Below, in pieces: positions 39,245 through 52,775 of a stretch of 64,000 nucleotides of DNA. The position numbers and the translations under genes are program-made. Origin of the DNA: Octopus sinensis (taxonomy: Eukaryota); assembly GCF_006345805.1 (NCBI RefSeq), contig NC_043008.1, positions 62,001 to 126,000 on the forward strand, read 5' to 3'. Numbering within the stretch: the stretch's first letter is position 1; every line of letters begins with the position of its first letter. The notes under the pieces are model-generated. The model was not told the origin of the DNA, ran no database searches, and worked only from the letters and a program-made list of their open reading frames with translations.

Positions 39245-39675
39245 AAGTCTTCTTCTTCTTCTTCTTCTTCTTCTTCTTCTTCTTCTTCTTCTTCTTCTTC
39301 TTCTTCTCCTCCTCCTTCTTCTTCCCCTCCTCCTCCTCCTCCTCCTCCTTTTTCTTCTCTTCTTCTTCTCTTCTTCTTCTTCTTCTTCTTCTTCTTCTCC
39401 TCCTCCTCCTCCTCTTCTTCCTCCTCCCTCCTCCTCCTCCTCCTCCTTCTACCTTCTTCTTCTCTTCTTCTTCTCTCTTCTTCTTCTTCTTCTTCTCCTC
39501 CTCCTTCTTCTTCCCCTCCTCCTCCTCCTCCTCCTCCTTTTTCTTCTTCTTCTTCTTCTTCTTCTTTCTTCTTCTCTTCTTCTTCTCCTCCTCCTCCTCC
39601 TTCTTCTCCCCTCCTCCTCCTCCTCCTCCTCCTCCTTCTACCTTCTTCTTCTTCTTCTTCTTCTTCTTCTTCTTT
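39245..39675. repeat. (CTT)n/(CCT)n polypyrimidine tract with 189-bp higher-order repeat
   Basis: Landmarks ttcccctcc (39322, 39511) and ttctacc (A at 39451, 39640) are both offset by 189. Confidence 0.9.
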
Positions 39676-40391
39676 ATTATTCAAAAAAAATAATAAAAAC
39701 AAACAACCAATGAAGAGACGAAAGTAACCTTAAGCTGATACAATTTAATTTTATTAGACATTTCTGTTTATTTAGAAACTTACAATGAAGAGGTCATTTC
39801 ACAGACGCTAAACTATAAATTTCACACCTGAAAGTCGACACCGCTCAGCTAAACGCAGAAAATTTCTGTCTCACTATTGTCTAAAAATACAGTTTTTTCG
39901 AATTTCAAACCTCTGTAAAATTTTTCCTCCAATTTTTTTTTGTCCACAACATCATAGTAATTAGACTGGAAAGCTATATTATTATAGCCGATTTTCAGAT
40001 TTTTTACTGTCTTTTAAGAAATGCATATTTTGCGAATGGAAAAAAAAACCCCAGTAATAAACACGTGTAGAACGAATATATAGTGCGTATGTTTATTTGG
40101 CAAGAAGAAACAAACAATCACTACCCCGAAATATAACATGTTTCAACATACGGTTTTACTACCTGGGAATCTTGCAACGAAAAGGCATATACGTACATAT
40201 ATATATTATGTTACAAATGCAGACTTTCGTATATGTGTATTAGCCGAAATTGCAAAGATAATCTGGAACTCGACTGAGGATAGAAAACTCCGAATGACCC
40301 GTCCTTGTTTTCTTTGTATCGTCTGTCCGGATGTTTTGTTGTCCCTTTCTTGTATCACCTATCTGGATGTTTTGCGTTCATGTCCCACTTT

Positions 40392-40427
<36 letters not shown>

Positions 40428-40517
40428 TATATATATATATATCAGTGTCACTCGATACTGGAAAAAGTATATGTATTTGTGAAGGGAACCGACTTCTCAT
40501 CGACAACTATGATTGTC

Positions 40518-40560
40518 ACACGCCGATGACGGGTCAATACCCTGAAACTCGAGTCCGTGT
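40518..40560 (+). ncRNA. Minimal hammerhead motif, U4C core variant
   Basis: acacg-CCGATGA-c-gggt-caat-accc-t-GAAAC-TCGA-GTC-cgtgt; perfect 5-bp helix I, palindromic ACTCGAGT helix III, GUC site. Confidence 0.65.
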
Positions 40561-41342
40561 GTATCATAAGTTGAAGACGGGAAGGATGGCTTCCCTTCGC
40601 AAATACTCATAGGGCACAGAAAGTGTGTCTATAGCCAGCTGGAGGAGGTGTCCTCCTGGGGCTACAAACTACAGTAGCATCCACTCTTAGGGGTTAGCCA
40701 TATTCAAGTGGCAAATATACGTCACGATGTGTTGCTGCTACTGTTTATAACTCGCTCTGAGATTTATCATTGTTATATATATATATATGTTTAAGTATCT
40801 ATCTACGTATCTACACACTCACGCCCCCCCCACCAGATATATATATATATATATATATATATATTCTTTTATGCGTTTCAGACGAAAGGTTGTGGCCATG
40901 CTGGGAAACCGCCACAGCTAAGAAACAAACAAGTACACGAGAATAAATAGTTGGATGTACACACGTCCGCACACCACACAGAGAGAAACACTTCAACACT
41001 TACAAAGTGCGCCATGGACAGAATGACTGTGAAAGGGATAGGACGAGAGAAACGTAAAGGAAAAGGATGAAGACACCGATGGTGAGTGTGTAAGAGAGAA
41101 AGGATTAAGAATAAAGGTAAGAGAGAGAGAGAGTGAGAGAGAGGAGGTTTGAAAATATCACGTGGCTGGACCCGCTCATGTCACATGTCTGTCAGTGTGC
41201 TTGAATATGTGTGTGTGTGTGTGTGTGTGTGAACGCATGTACGCAATCATGCATGCAGACGAGATGTACATCTTTCAATGACTTTATATTTGCATATCTC
41301 AGGAACTGGTCCATCCGCGTGTATGTGCCTAGGTTTAAATAC

Positions 41343-41392
<50 letters not shown>

Positions 41393-41405
41393 ATCTATCT
41401 GTCTG

Positions 41406-41473
<68 letters not shown>

Positions 41474-41630
41474 CCTATCTGTCTGTCTATCTGTCTATCT
41501 ATCTGTCTATCTATCTATATTCATATATACATATATATAGATTAAAATTAATATTTGACATCACTCAAAAATAGTGAGAGAACACAAACAGATATAGTGT
41601 GTGTGTATATGTGTATGTGTGTGTGTATAG

Positions 41631-41671
<41 letters not shown>

Positions 41672-42898
41672 AATATATCCTATGAAGAGCAAATGAATAA
41701 AAAGAATTTCAGGTATTTCTATGTTAAAACTATAGTTTCTTTCACATAAAGAGAGAAGAGAGAGAGAGAGACCGAGCGAGAGAGAAGGAAATGGTAAAAG
41801 GGAGACAAAAACATTGGAGCAAAGCCCCCACCCTTCGCCACCCTTAGGAGCAAACACAACAAGCAGAAGAATTTACAAAAGGAAATAATCACAACCACCC
41901 TAAGATGCGGCGATGGAAACACACAAACACATAAACACCCGCCTTGCTCTCCCCTCCCCCCATATACACATACATATTCATAGTCTCTCACGTACACATA
42001 CACTCACATGTTCGCAAACACAATACGTACTTTAAAGACACAATGTCTCCCACGTGTTTCGTCTTCGAAAGACCCAGGCGAAGACGGTTAAACCCTTTCC
42101 ACTTACACCCCTTCCCTTTTTTTTTTACAACCCGGACAATAAACAACACACATTCCAGCCCCCTAAAATAAAAAAAAGACAAAAAGAAACAGTATAGGTG
42201 GTCTGTCTCGTGAATTTTGGCGGGAAATCTATTTTCTCAGCGCTTTGACCTGGGCCCTTTTGAAAACAAAAACAAAGAAATCAAAAAGAAAAGGGAAGAA
42301 GACCCCCCCCAAAAAAAAAACTACAAAGAAAAAAGTTGAAATTACAATATTTTTCTAGGAGTGAGTTAGAAAGGGACAGCTACTAAAGCCAGTGCCCTAT
42401 TGTTTGCGTTAAAGTATCTGTCTGTCTGTCTGTCTGTCAGCGATGTCGACGGGTTACAAACTAAAAGATTAATGCTGGTATTAAGCGTGAATAACCGAAA
42501 TCCTGAGATGAATGGAGTGAACAAGACAGCACTCTCTGTCCCCTACTGCAACAACCCGGCTCTTTCCCTACCCCCTACAAACTGACTATTAACTACTTTC
42601 CATTGGGTTAAAGTACCTACTTGCTTTTACTCACCCCAGGCTATCTGTAAGTCCTTCTTTACAACTAACCGCTTTATTTTTCTTTGCCCGCCTTGTCTGC
42701 GTTTTTCTTTTTCGTTTTGTGCTTTTTCTTCTTTTTACATTTTTTACGTTCTACAATCTATTGCTCGTCTGTCTCAGTATGTATTGAGACACATATACAT
42801 ACATGCACGCACGCACACGTGCACCCCAATCCTACACATACACCCGATACTAACACGTGCGCGTGAACACACGCAGACAAGTATACTCGCACCCCACC

Positions 42899-42941
<43 letters not shown>

Positions 42942-43144
42942 TGTGTGTGTGTGTGTGTGTGTGTGTATGTATATACATTTATATGTATATATGCACACGT
43001 ATGTATGGATAGATATTTATATACACATGTATATATGTCGGTATTCTTTTATTCTTTTCAGCCATGCGGCTGTGACCATGTATATATGTATATGTATATG
43101 TATGTGTGTGTGTGTGTCTCTTTATGTCTGTGTTTGTGCATCCA

Positions 43145-43412
43145 CCACGACGTGACAAACAATGATGGTGTGTTTATGTCCTTGTAACTTAGCGGTTCGA
43201 TAGAATAGGTGTTAAGCTTGTAAAGAATAAGTCTTCGACTAAAAATCCTTTGAGGTTGTGGCACCAACCGTTGCTGGTGTGTCTCTGTAACTTAGCGGTT
43301 CAGCAAAAGAGACCTATAGAATAAATACTAGGCTTACAAAGACTAAGCCTTGGGATCGACTAAAGGTGGTGCTCCAGCATGGCTGCAGTCAAATGACTAA
43401 AACAAGTAAAAG

Positions 43413-43415
<3 letters not shown>
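43145..43415 (+). mobile_element. SINE family B, 3' half, partly duplicated
   Basis: gtaacttagcggttc occurs twice; ends gtcaaatgactaaaacaagtaaaaga. Confidence 0.7.
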
Positions 43416-43456
<41 letters not shown>

Positions 43457-43898
43457 TATACACACACCTATACATACAGACTTATCACACACTTATTATG
43501 GAATGGGTTTCACAAAAACCTTATTTCAAATTTACGTTTCTTTTTTCCTTCTTTCTTTTCACCCAGGTTCGTTACAACTTTATTGCTTGTATTTTATTTC
43601 ATTCTAGTTTTTAGTTTCATTCACTAGTTTCATTCAGTGGACAAAATTCCATTTAGAACTTCTTTTCATTGAGTTCATTCAGTTAAGCTTCAATGAATGA
43701 CTTATGTATGCATGCATGTATGTATACACTCGTATACATCCATATACATACATATGTCTCCCTTATACATCGAATGGGCCAACAGCTGGGACAAAGGCTC
43801 ATAGAGGAGTGGTGACATGAAACACCCAAGACTGAGGAAATCAGAATGACCATGGTGGTGCTCCAGCATGGTTGAAACGAGTAAAAGACTTTAAAAAA

Positions 43899-43929
<31 letters not shown>

Positions 43930-43940
43930 TACTAATAATC

Positions 43941-44376
43941 TTTTCGTTCCTACCCTAGGTAAAAAGCCCGAAATTTTGGGGGAGGGGCCAGTCGATTAGA
44001 TCGAACCGCCGTACGCCACTGCTACTTAATTTATCGAACCTGAAAGGATGAAAGGTACAGCCTACCACGACGGGATTTGAACTCAGAACGTAATGACAGA
44101 CGAAATACCACCAAGCATTTCGCCCGACGTGCTAACATTTCTTATTTCTTTATTGCCCACAAGGGGCTAAACATATAGGGGACAAATAAGGACAGACAAA
44201 GGGATTAAGTCGATTAAATCGATCCCCGTACGCAACTGATACTTGATTTATCGACTTCTGAAAGGATGAAAGGCAAAGTCGACCTCGGTGGAATTTGAAC
44301 TCAGAACGTAACGGCAGACGAAATACAGCTACGCATTTCGACCGGCGTGCTAACGATTCTGCCAGCTCGCCGCCTT
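43941..44376 (-). mobile_element. SINE family A, two-unit array
   Basis: Core occurs twice; head ends gccagctcgccgcctt at 44376. Confidence 0.9.
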
Positions 44377-44530
44377 AAATATTGATATTCAAAGCGGAAT
44401 TACGATGGATCAGCTCATGCAGGCAAAACATGAATACGTGCAGATAATATACATTCAAACACACATACACTGAGTGTTTTAATACCCTCAACACTAATAC
44501 AACAACTATCATCTGGTTCGTCTTGTAATC

Positions 44531-44650
44531 GTATTCACCAAAGGGAGTTTTTGTACAAGACGGCAACTATATTCATTAGAAATATGAACTGTATTCACCG
44601 AAGGGAGTTGAAGTACAAGATGGCCACTATATTCACTAAAAATCTGAATT
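44531..44650. repeat. 60-bp tandem duplication
   Basis: 44531-44590 vs 44591-44650, 10 mismatches. Confidence 0.9.
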
Positions 44651-45639
44651 CAGTAGAAAGAGAATGTCTGAGCTCGTCACCATTGAAACCAGGAATAAAA
44701 ATCAGAGTAAAAAAATGTCACTGAACAAAAATTCACTGCTACGAGAAAGCCTTCATTACTTGTGTATTGCTCGACTGGAGAAAGAAAAGATTGATGTAGA
44801 TTCTCTTCCAGGCGTCGGCTGCAATATTCGTTTTAATCATCGACATTAAAAATACTGAATATACATGAAATGCTACGACACTGCAAGGTGTTTTCAATGT
44901 GTACATGTCATGTATTGTCAAGAAATGACTGATTTTTTTTGCTTCACTGTCTTACTTTGCTTAAAAAATCGAATAAATGTTTTTTTCTTCCTCTCTCAAA
45001 TATGTGTAGTATGTTCGTATATAAATGATGTATGTACTACCTGTTAACTGGTCTAAAATATATTTTGTTTTATTACTATAATTGTTTATAACATTCAAGT
45101 AAAATATAATATTTTGCATGTGATTTTTTTCTTAGGTAAAGTTGTGACTTTTTTTTTGCTAGGCATCTCATCGACCTCATCGACCAACTCGAGAAAAACA
45201 GCAGGGAAAGAGAAAAAAATCTTGTTAGTTATAGAAGAAATCCCTTGGCTACGGGTGACAACGTTGGACAAATATCGCGTTGATGACACGTATTTTCGCA
45301 GAAGCACGTGCGCACGCATGTCCTTGTCTCGAGACAATAAGCTTTTATATTTCTTCAATGGCATCTTAGTTTTGGAGAAGCTTTGATTATTGAAGTTATC
45401 TCCTCTTCTTATATGGAGTTGGTCGGAATTTAGTATTTGATAATTATGACACATCCTCCAGAGGCGGATGTAATTTTTGATAAATCAGGAATTTATGTTG
45501 CAAGGCGTTTAATATCGCCGTGTTTGCCTATTTTGTCCAGGTACATGACACTGGGCATTCTGAGTTATTTCTCTCAGCTAATTTGTGTATGATAAATGCG
45601 TGTGTGTGTGTGGGGGATATGTATATAGGAGATATATAT

Positions 45640-45871
45640 GTTTCTTTATTACCCTCATGGGACTAAACATAGAGGGGACAAACAAGGACAGGCAAACGAA
45701 TTAAGTCGATTAAATCGACCCCAGTGCGCAACTGGTACTTGATTTATCGACCCCGGAAGGATGAAAGGCAAAGTCGACCTCGGCGGAATTTGAACTCAGA
45801 ACGTAGCGGCAGACGCAATACGGCTATGCATTTCGCCCAGCGTGCTAACGTTTCTGCCAGCTCGCCGCCTT
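45640..45871 (-). mobile_element. SINE family A
   Basis: Long tail, core and head. Confidence 0.9.
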
Positions 45872-46014
45872 ATATAGGAGATATATAAGCATGTAATTTA
45901 GCTATTTCTCCGTAAGGTGAAAGAAACGATGAACAACCTTAATAGATTTTCGAATCTAATTGACTTCTCTTCAGAGGCGTCTACATTCATGTGACCAATC
46001 CCCACTATATGTGT

Positions 46015-46096
<82 letters not shown>

Positions 46097-46879
46097 ATGT
46101 GTGTGTGTGTGTGTTTCTACACGCACACGCGGAATATAGTTGTAACTTAGTCTCAGCTTGGCTCTGATAGAAGATAGCTAAAATCATACATTGCTGCAAT
46201 GTCCGCCTCCATCTCGTCCAAAAATTGCATTCAAGGAATATTGTCCAATGTGTTCTTTCTTAAGGCGGCATTGTGACATCTGAAAGTGATTTGGCTGTTA
46301 TTTCTGGAAGACTGGGCGTTAAAAATCTTTCCTGTTTGTCTGGCAAACTGTATCTCTTGTTAATATGTAAACGTGGAAATATTGGGAAAGTATTTCTTTT
46401 CCTTACAGGTATTATGTTTCAGTGTGATTAACGGATAGAAACGTGACTGAATTTGGGGTTAAAAATTAGATCTGTTCCAGCTGTGAAACCAATATAGTTC
46501 GCTCGGAATGCACAGCCGGAAGAAATGCCGCTAAGCATTTTTGTCCGACTCGCCAACAATTCTGTCTCCTTGCTGCCTTTCCTCTCTTTATTAACGAGAT
46601 GACGAAATAGATTTTGTACTCAAATAATTCATTTTTTTTTATTTTGTAAGTAGGTGGAAGCGCAAAGCCTCGTAGTTTGTGGGCGGAGTGTTCGGTTCAT
46701 GATCGAAAGTTTGTGAGTTCACTTCCTGTCCTGGACAGCACGCTACGTCATCCTCTTCTTCATTTTGCATTTAACTTCGATTATTTATTATGTGGCTTGT
46801 CAAGGGCGTCGAACCAAAACGCCTTGAATTAGTATTTGCTCTGCGTCCTTTTTTTTCAAATTTTCGCTCAGGGCCAGCA

Positions 46880-47560
46880 CGTTCAGAGAGGGGATAAGTC
46901 AATTAAATCGACCCAAGTGCTCAACTAGAACTATCTTTTTCTACTCTAGGCACGAAGTCCGAAATTTTGGGGGAGGGGACAGTCGATTAGATTGACCCCT
47001 TTACGCTAATAGTACTTAATTTATCGACCCAGAAGGGAAGAAAGGCAAAGTCAATCTCGGCGGAATTTGAACTCAGAACGTAGCGGCAGACAAAATACCT
47101 ATTTCTTTACTACCCACAAGGGGCTAAACACAGAGGGAACAAACAAGGACAGACAAACGGATTAAGTCGATTATATCGGCCCCAGTGCGTAACTGGTACT
47201 TAATTTATCGACCCCGAAAGGATGAAAGGCAAAGTTGACCTCGGCGGAATTTGAACTCAGAACGTAACGGCAGAAGAAATGCCGCTAAGCATTTCGTCCA
47301 GCGTGCTAATGTTTCTGCCAGCTTGCTGCCTTAGTAAATAAATATATTCATTTCTACTCTAGGCACAAGGCACAACATTTTTGGGGGAGGGGCCAGTCGA
47401 TTACATCGACCCCAGTATGCAAATGGTTCTTAATTTATCGACCCCGAAAGGATGAAAGGCAAAGTCAACCTCAGCGGAATTTGAACTCAGAACATAAAGA
47501 CAGACAAAATGCCGCTAAGCATTTCGCCGGGCGTGCTAACGATTCCACCAGTTCGCCGTC
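46880..47560 (-). mobile_element. SINE family A: array plus a further full copy
   Basis: Cores near 47020, 47210 and 47440. Confidence 0.9.
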
Positions 47561-47668
47561 TTATAGGCTTTAGTTATATTGATGAATAGCATAGTTTGCA
47601 AGCCTCTGCCAATATCCAACGAGGACATACAAAACAAACCAAAAAAATCCAAAACCAAAAAAACAAAG

Positions 47669-48065
47669 CGCAGGAGTGGCTGTGTGGTAATTAGCTTGCT
47701 AACCAACCACATGATTCCGGGTTCAGTCCCACTGCGTGGCATCTTGGGCAAGTGTCTTCTGCTATAGCCCCGGGCCGACCAATGCCTTGTGAGTGGATTT
47801 GGTAGACGGAAACTGAAAGAAGCCTGTCGTATATATGTATATATATATATATGCGTGTGTGTTTGTGTGTCTGTGTTTGTCCCCCTAGCATTGCTTGACA
47901 ACCGATGCTGGTGTGTTTACGTCCCCGTCACTTAGCGGTTCGGCAAAAGAGACCGATAGAATAAGTACTGGGCTTACATAGAATAAGTCCCGGGGTCGAT
48001 TTGCTCGACTAAAGGCGGTGCTCCAGCATGGCCACAGTCAAATGACTGAAACAAGTAAAAAGAGA
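47669..48065 (+). mobile_element. SINE family B, apparently full length
   Basis: gcaggagtggctgtgtggtaa...ggttcagtcccactgcgtggca head, (TA)/(TG) linker, 3' part ...aatgactgaaacaagtaaaaga. Confidence 0.85.
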
Positions 48066-48432
48066 AAGAGAAAGAGAAAGCTTTCAAAAATCTAAAAGTT
48101 TTTACCGGAAACATTTAAAATGATATAATGATCTTTTGCGGAGTGAAAGGGATTGTTATTTTTAAAGGAGAATTCTTGAAAACAATTCTTTTAAAAACAA
48201 GCAAAAAAAAGGGTGGTGGGGTGGGGGGCAAAAGTAGAAGAAATATATTAGAAAATATAATGGAATAAAAAGAAATTTCCATTTAAAATTTGGGCCAGAT
48301 GTTTAGATAATTATAATTAGCGGTTAGCCTGTGCCAGCAGATGTCAATGATTCCCACAAATGAGCCATTGGAGTAGTGATGAGTGTGTGGCTGGCATTAT
48401 TGACATATATGGGGGTGGGGGTAGATAGGGGT

Positions 48433-48470
<38 letters not shown>

Positions 48471-48807
48471 CGGAAGATGGGAGGAGAGACGGTGGAGAAA
48501 GAAAGGGAAAATGTATTTCTCCAGTTACCTCCCCTATTCAAAGAGATCCAAATCATTCATTCACTCCCTGCCAAACTATTTCACAACGATGGATAAAATA
48601 TCCAAAACGTCCCCCTCCGCCTCCTACTCCTCCACCTCCTCCTCACAGCAAAAACCAATTCATTACACTTTTGAACTGTTAACGTTCAGATGCAGTTACA
48701 TCTGACCCCTCCCCTCCACCTTTTCCTTTCTCTTTCCATCTTCCTTTCTTTTCCTTCGTTCTTTCTTTTCTTTACACTGTCCGCCATTCATCTCCGCCAT
48801 AAAAATG

Positions 48808-48817
48808 TGTTTCAGGG

Positions 48818-48878
<61 letters not shown>

Positions 48879-48936
48879 TAATAATAACAATGGCAATAAT
48901 AATAATAATAATAACAATAAAAATAATATTAATAAC

Positions 48937-48977
<41 letters not shown>

Positions 48978-49005
48978 TAATAATAATAATAATAATAATA
49001 ACAAT

Positions 49006-49038
<33 letters not shown>

Positions 49039-49048
49039 AATAATAATA
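48808..49048. repeat. (AAT)n/(AAC)n
   Basis: Direct reading. Confidence 0.97.
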
Positions 49049-49344
49049 ATGATAATAGGGAAAATAGACAAAACGAAAACAAAAAAGGGAAATAGAAAAT
49101 CAAAGCAACGAAGAAACAAAGAAATATAACAACACAAAAACATACATAAACTATCAATATATACAAAAAAAATCAAGCAACCAATACAAAAAACCGGCAC
49201 TTCTGCTTCGCCATCTTCTCTGTCATTTCATTGACAACTCTTCATTCTCCATTTTGCTCAGCCCCCTCTCACCCCGCCCCCGATATATCTCATTCCTTCT
49301 GAACTATGTCAGTATTGGTTTTCTTCAGATATTTACTGAACACC

Positions 49345-49661
49345 TTGTCCTCTTCTTCTTCATCTTCTTCTTCTTCATCTTCTTCTTCTTCTTCTTCATC
49401 ATCTTCTTCTTCTTCTTCTTTCTTCTTCTTCTTCTCCTCCTTCTCCTTCTTCTTCTTCTTTTTCTTCTTCTTCATCTATTTCTCCCTCTTTTTCTTCCTC
49501 ATCTTCTTCTTCATCATCATCATCTTCTTCTTCTTCTTCTTCTCCTCCTCCTCCTCCTTCTCCTTCTTCTTCTTCATCATCATCATCATCATCATCACCA
49601 TCATCATCATCTCCTCCTCCTCCTCCTCCTCCTCCTTCTTTTTCTTCTTCTTCTCTTCTTC

Positions 49662-49696
<35 letters not shown>

Positions 49697-49872
49697 ATCT
49701 TCTTCTTCTTCTCCTCCTCCTCCTCCTCCTCCTCCTTCTCCTTCTTCTTCTTCATCATCATCATCACCATCATCATCATCATCTTCTCCTCCTCCTCCTT
49801 CTTCTTCTCCTTCTCCTTCTTCTCTTTCTTCTTCTTCATCATCATCATCATCATCATCACCATCATCATCAT
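49345..49872. repeat. (CTT)/(CAT)/(CCT) compound tract
   Basis: Direct reading. Confidence 0.95.
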
Positions 49873-50099
49873 CTACCACTGGAGTGGAAGAAAGACAGTG
49901 TCCGTGTGTCGGGTTCATGCATTATTATTCTCATCATTTCTCGACGTCACGAGTAACAGAAATCACAAAAACGAATAAAGAAATAAATAAATAAAAGGAA
50001 TCGAGATATTTTTGTGAAATCGAATCCCGCCGCAGACCAGTTCCAGATTTCTAACTCAACACAATCCGCCATTCTTCTCTCAAGCAAAACCAGAAACAG

Positions 50100-50205
50100 T
50101 AGTTGTAGCAGTAGTAATGGTAGTGGTGGTGATAGTAGTAGCAGTAGTAGTAGAAGTAGTAGTAGTAGTTGTTGTAGTAGTAGCAGATACTAGTAGTAGT
50201 AGTAA

Positions 50206-50246
<41 letters not shown>

Positions 50247-50430
50247 ATAGTAGTAGCAGAAGTAGTAGTAGGAGTAGTAGTAGTAGAAGTAGTAGTAGTA
50301 GAAGTAGTAATAGTAGTAGCAGCACCAGTAGCAACTTCAGCTGGTGGAGCGGCAGTAGTGTAGTGGCAGCAGTAGGAGACGTAACATTCGGTGCAGCAGC
50401 AGCAGCAGCATCAGCAGCATCAGCAGCAGC
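50100..50430. repeat. (AGT)n/(AGC)n tract
   Basis: Direct reading. Confidence 0.92.
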
Positions 50431-50584
50431 CGTGGTAGTCATTCACCGACACGCCACGTACCTCCGCATGGGACACTTGCGTTGTTTCATTGTCTCCGGA
50501 CAACAACTCCCTTCCCCCTCCTCCCCCACCCCCACTGTTCCATTGTTACAAGACATGGCGATGGCCCTGTCCACTCCAATAGTA

Positions 50585-50790
50585 TTCTTTCACTCTTCTA
50601 CTTGTTTCAGTCATTTGACTGCGGGCCATACTGGAGCACTGCCTTTAGTCGAACGAATCGACCCCCCCCCCCCAGGGACTTATTCTTTGTAAGCCTAGTG
50701 CGTATTCTATCAGTCACTTTTGTCGAACCGTTAAGTTACGGGAGGTGGGGCGTAAAAACACCAACATCGGTTGTCAAGTGATGATGGTGG
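50585..50790 (-). mobile_element. SINE family B, 3' half
   Basis: cttgtttcagtcatttgactgcgggccatactggagcac...accaacatcggttgtcaag. Confidence 0.8.
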
Positions 50791-50846
50791 TGGTGGTGTC
50801 ACAAACACAGACATATATATATATATATAAATATATACACACACGC

Positions 50847-50881
<35 letters not shown>

Positions 50882-50956
50882 CACACACATACGTGTGTAC
50901 CGTTGTCGATTTTTTTTTCCTCTGTCTTCCCTTCTCTGGATCTTTCCTTCTCCTAT

Positions 50957-50991
50957 GTTTCCGACGAAGAGCTCCGCTCGAAACGTTAAAC
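50957..50991 (+). ncRNA. Minimal hammerhead motif, U4C core variant
   Basis: gttt-CCGACGA-a-gagc-tcc-gctc-GAAAC-GT-T-aaac; helices I and II pair perfectly, helix III is the self-complementary ACGT. Confidence 0.6.
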
Positions 50992-51088
50992 TCTCCTTCT
51001 TTCCTTCTTTTCTGAGCGTCCAATAATACTATATTTGTTCCACGTCCTCGCATTGTTGTGCTTTTTGGTGCTTTCTTCTTTGGATTAA

Positions 51089-51128
<40 letters not shown>

Positions 51129-51139
51129 GAAAACTGCTA

Positions 51140-51522
51140 CAGAAGCGGGACAATCATTTTTTCACGACAATGCTCGACCATACGTTTCACTAATGACGCT
51201 CCAGAACTTGGCTACAAAGTTGTTCCCCACCCAGATTATTTCCCAGATTTTTCTCCTACCGACAACCACTTTTTCAAGCCCCTTGATGGTTTCCTGCGAG
51301 AGAGAAGGAGTTCGAAAACCAAACCGATGCTGAGAGTGCGTATAAAGTGTTCATCAGCTCTAGAATTCCAGATTTTTATGTTACTGGAATAAACAAACTT
51401 GTAACTCGTTGGCAAATATGTGTTGATTGCAATGGTACATTCATGAATAAAATTTCCTCTTTGTTGAAATTGTGATGAATTTCATGTTTCAAAACGTTGC
51501 TTAATTTTTACTCAGCCTGATA
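51140..51522 (+). mobile_element. Mariner transposase C-terminal pseudogene plus right end
   Basis: Frameshifted translation FHDNARPYV...GYKVVPHPDYFPDFSPTDNHFFKPLDGFL...FYVTGINKLVTRWQICVDCNG matches the mariner HDNARPH / HPPYSPDL-P-DY motifs. Confidence 0.85.
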
Positions 51523-51649
51523 TATATAAAAAAAGATATTTTGCGTATTCTTCTTCTATTTTTTTTAGCTATGTCAGTCATTTGACTGTGGACATTTAGG
51601 GGCCGACGCTAACCAAAAATAACAACAGCAACAACAAAAATATTGTGAT

Positions 51650-52775
51650 TCTAAGTTTTGGCACAACGCCAGCAATTTCGGGGAAGGGGGATAATTCGAT
51701 TACCTCGACCCTACTATTCAACTGGTACTTATTTTATAGACCCCGAGAGGACGAAAGGCAAAGTGAACCTTGGAAGAATTTGGACTCAAAACGTAAAGAC
51801 GAGCGAAATGCCGCTAAGCCTTATGCCCGGCGTGCTAACATTTCTGCCATCTCACCGCCTTAAAAAATACCCTTTCTACTTAAGGAACAAGGCCTGGAAT
51901 TTTGGGGGAAGAGGGGCTATTCGATTTTCAATGACCCCAGTGCACATATAATAGTTATTTCATGTAACCCGAAAAAAATAAAAGGCAAAGTCAACACTGG
52001 AATTCGAACTCAGTGAGTAAAGAGCAAGAATAAATACAGTTTAGTAATTGGTCCGGTACCTTCTCATATTTAAATGTTAGTAATCCTTTAGCTGTGAGAA
52101 GAAATTATCGGAATGTTAATGCATTCCTTGTATGTGTTCGATGTGCGGAAAAGGAAGGGGAAAGTAGAGGAGGGGGGCAAGGGGCAAGCGAGTGAGATGA
52201 AGGATGGGAAGATTAGGTTTCGCGTTCAGGATTAGGAAATAACTTAACTCTGATATGTTCCTGATGTTTTTACAAGCCATGAATGTGATCCACATCGGAG
52301 AACTGCTCACGAATCTGGGGCGTTGCTGCTGGTACTTGCCATACACGGCGAACGGAAATATAGTAAAAGACTATAGACAGACACAAAACTTGAAGTTTTG
52401 TGGGAGGGGTTAGTCTGTTACGTCGAGCCCTGTGTTAAACTGTTGTGTATTTCATTGACCCCGAGAGGATGAAAAGTAAAGTCGACTTAGAGGAAATTTG
52501 AACTTAGAACGTCTGAGACGGAGAAAATGCTTAACGGCATTTTGTCCGGTGCGTTAAAGATCCTACTAGCTCGTTGCTCTGGAAATGATTTCAAATTTTG
52601 GTCTAAAACCAGCAAGTTCGGGGATGGAGTAAGTCGATACTTATTTTATCGACCTCAAACGGATTAATGGCAAAAATCGATTGCAGCAAAATTGGAACTC
52701 GGAACGTGGAGACGAATGAAATTCTGCTAAGCACTTTGTCCGGCGTGCTAACGATTGTGCCAGCCTGTTGCCCTG
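51650..52775 (-). mobile_element. Cluster of diverged SINE family A copies
   Basis: Cores near 51730, 51970, 52460 and 52650; 52080-52370 is unique intervening DNA. Confidence 0.7.

Noticed and set aside
38950-39245. ORF with LSESGF resembling a hAT dimerisation motif
   Set aside because: A six-residue similarity only; the rest does not fit.
42215-42227. E2F-like motif TTTTGGCGGGAAA
   Set aside because: A single short motif with no promoter or gene evidence nearby.
45095-45454. Overlapping ORFs on both strands and a strong acceptor (tttttttttgctag) at about 45160
   Set aside because: No recognisable protein; the most protein-like frame stops after 40 codons; donor candidates are weak.
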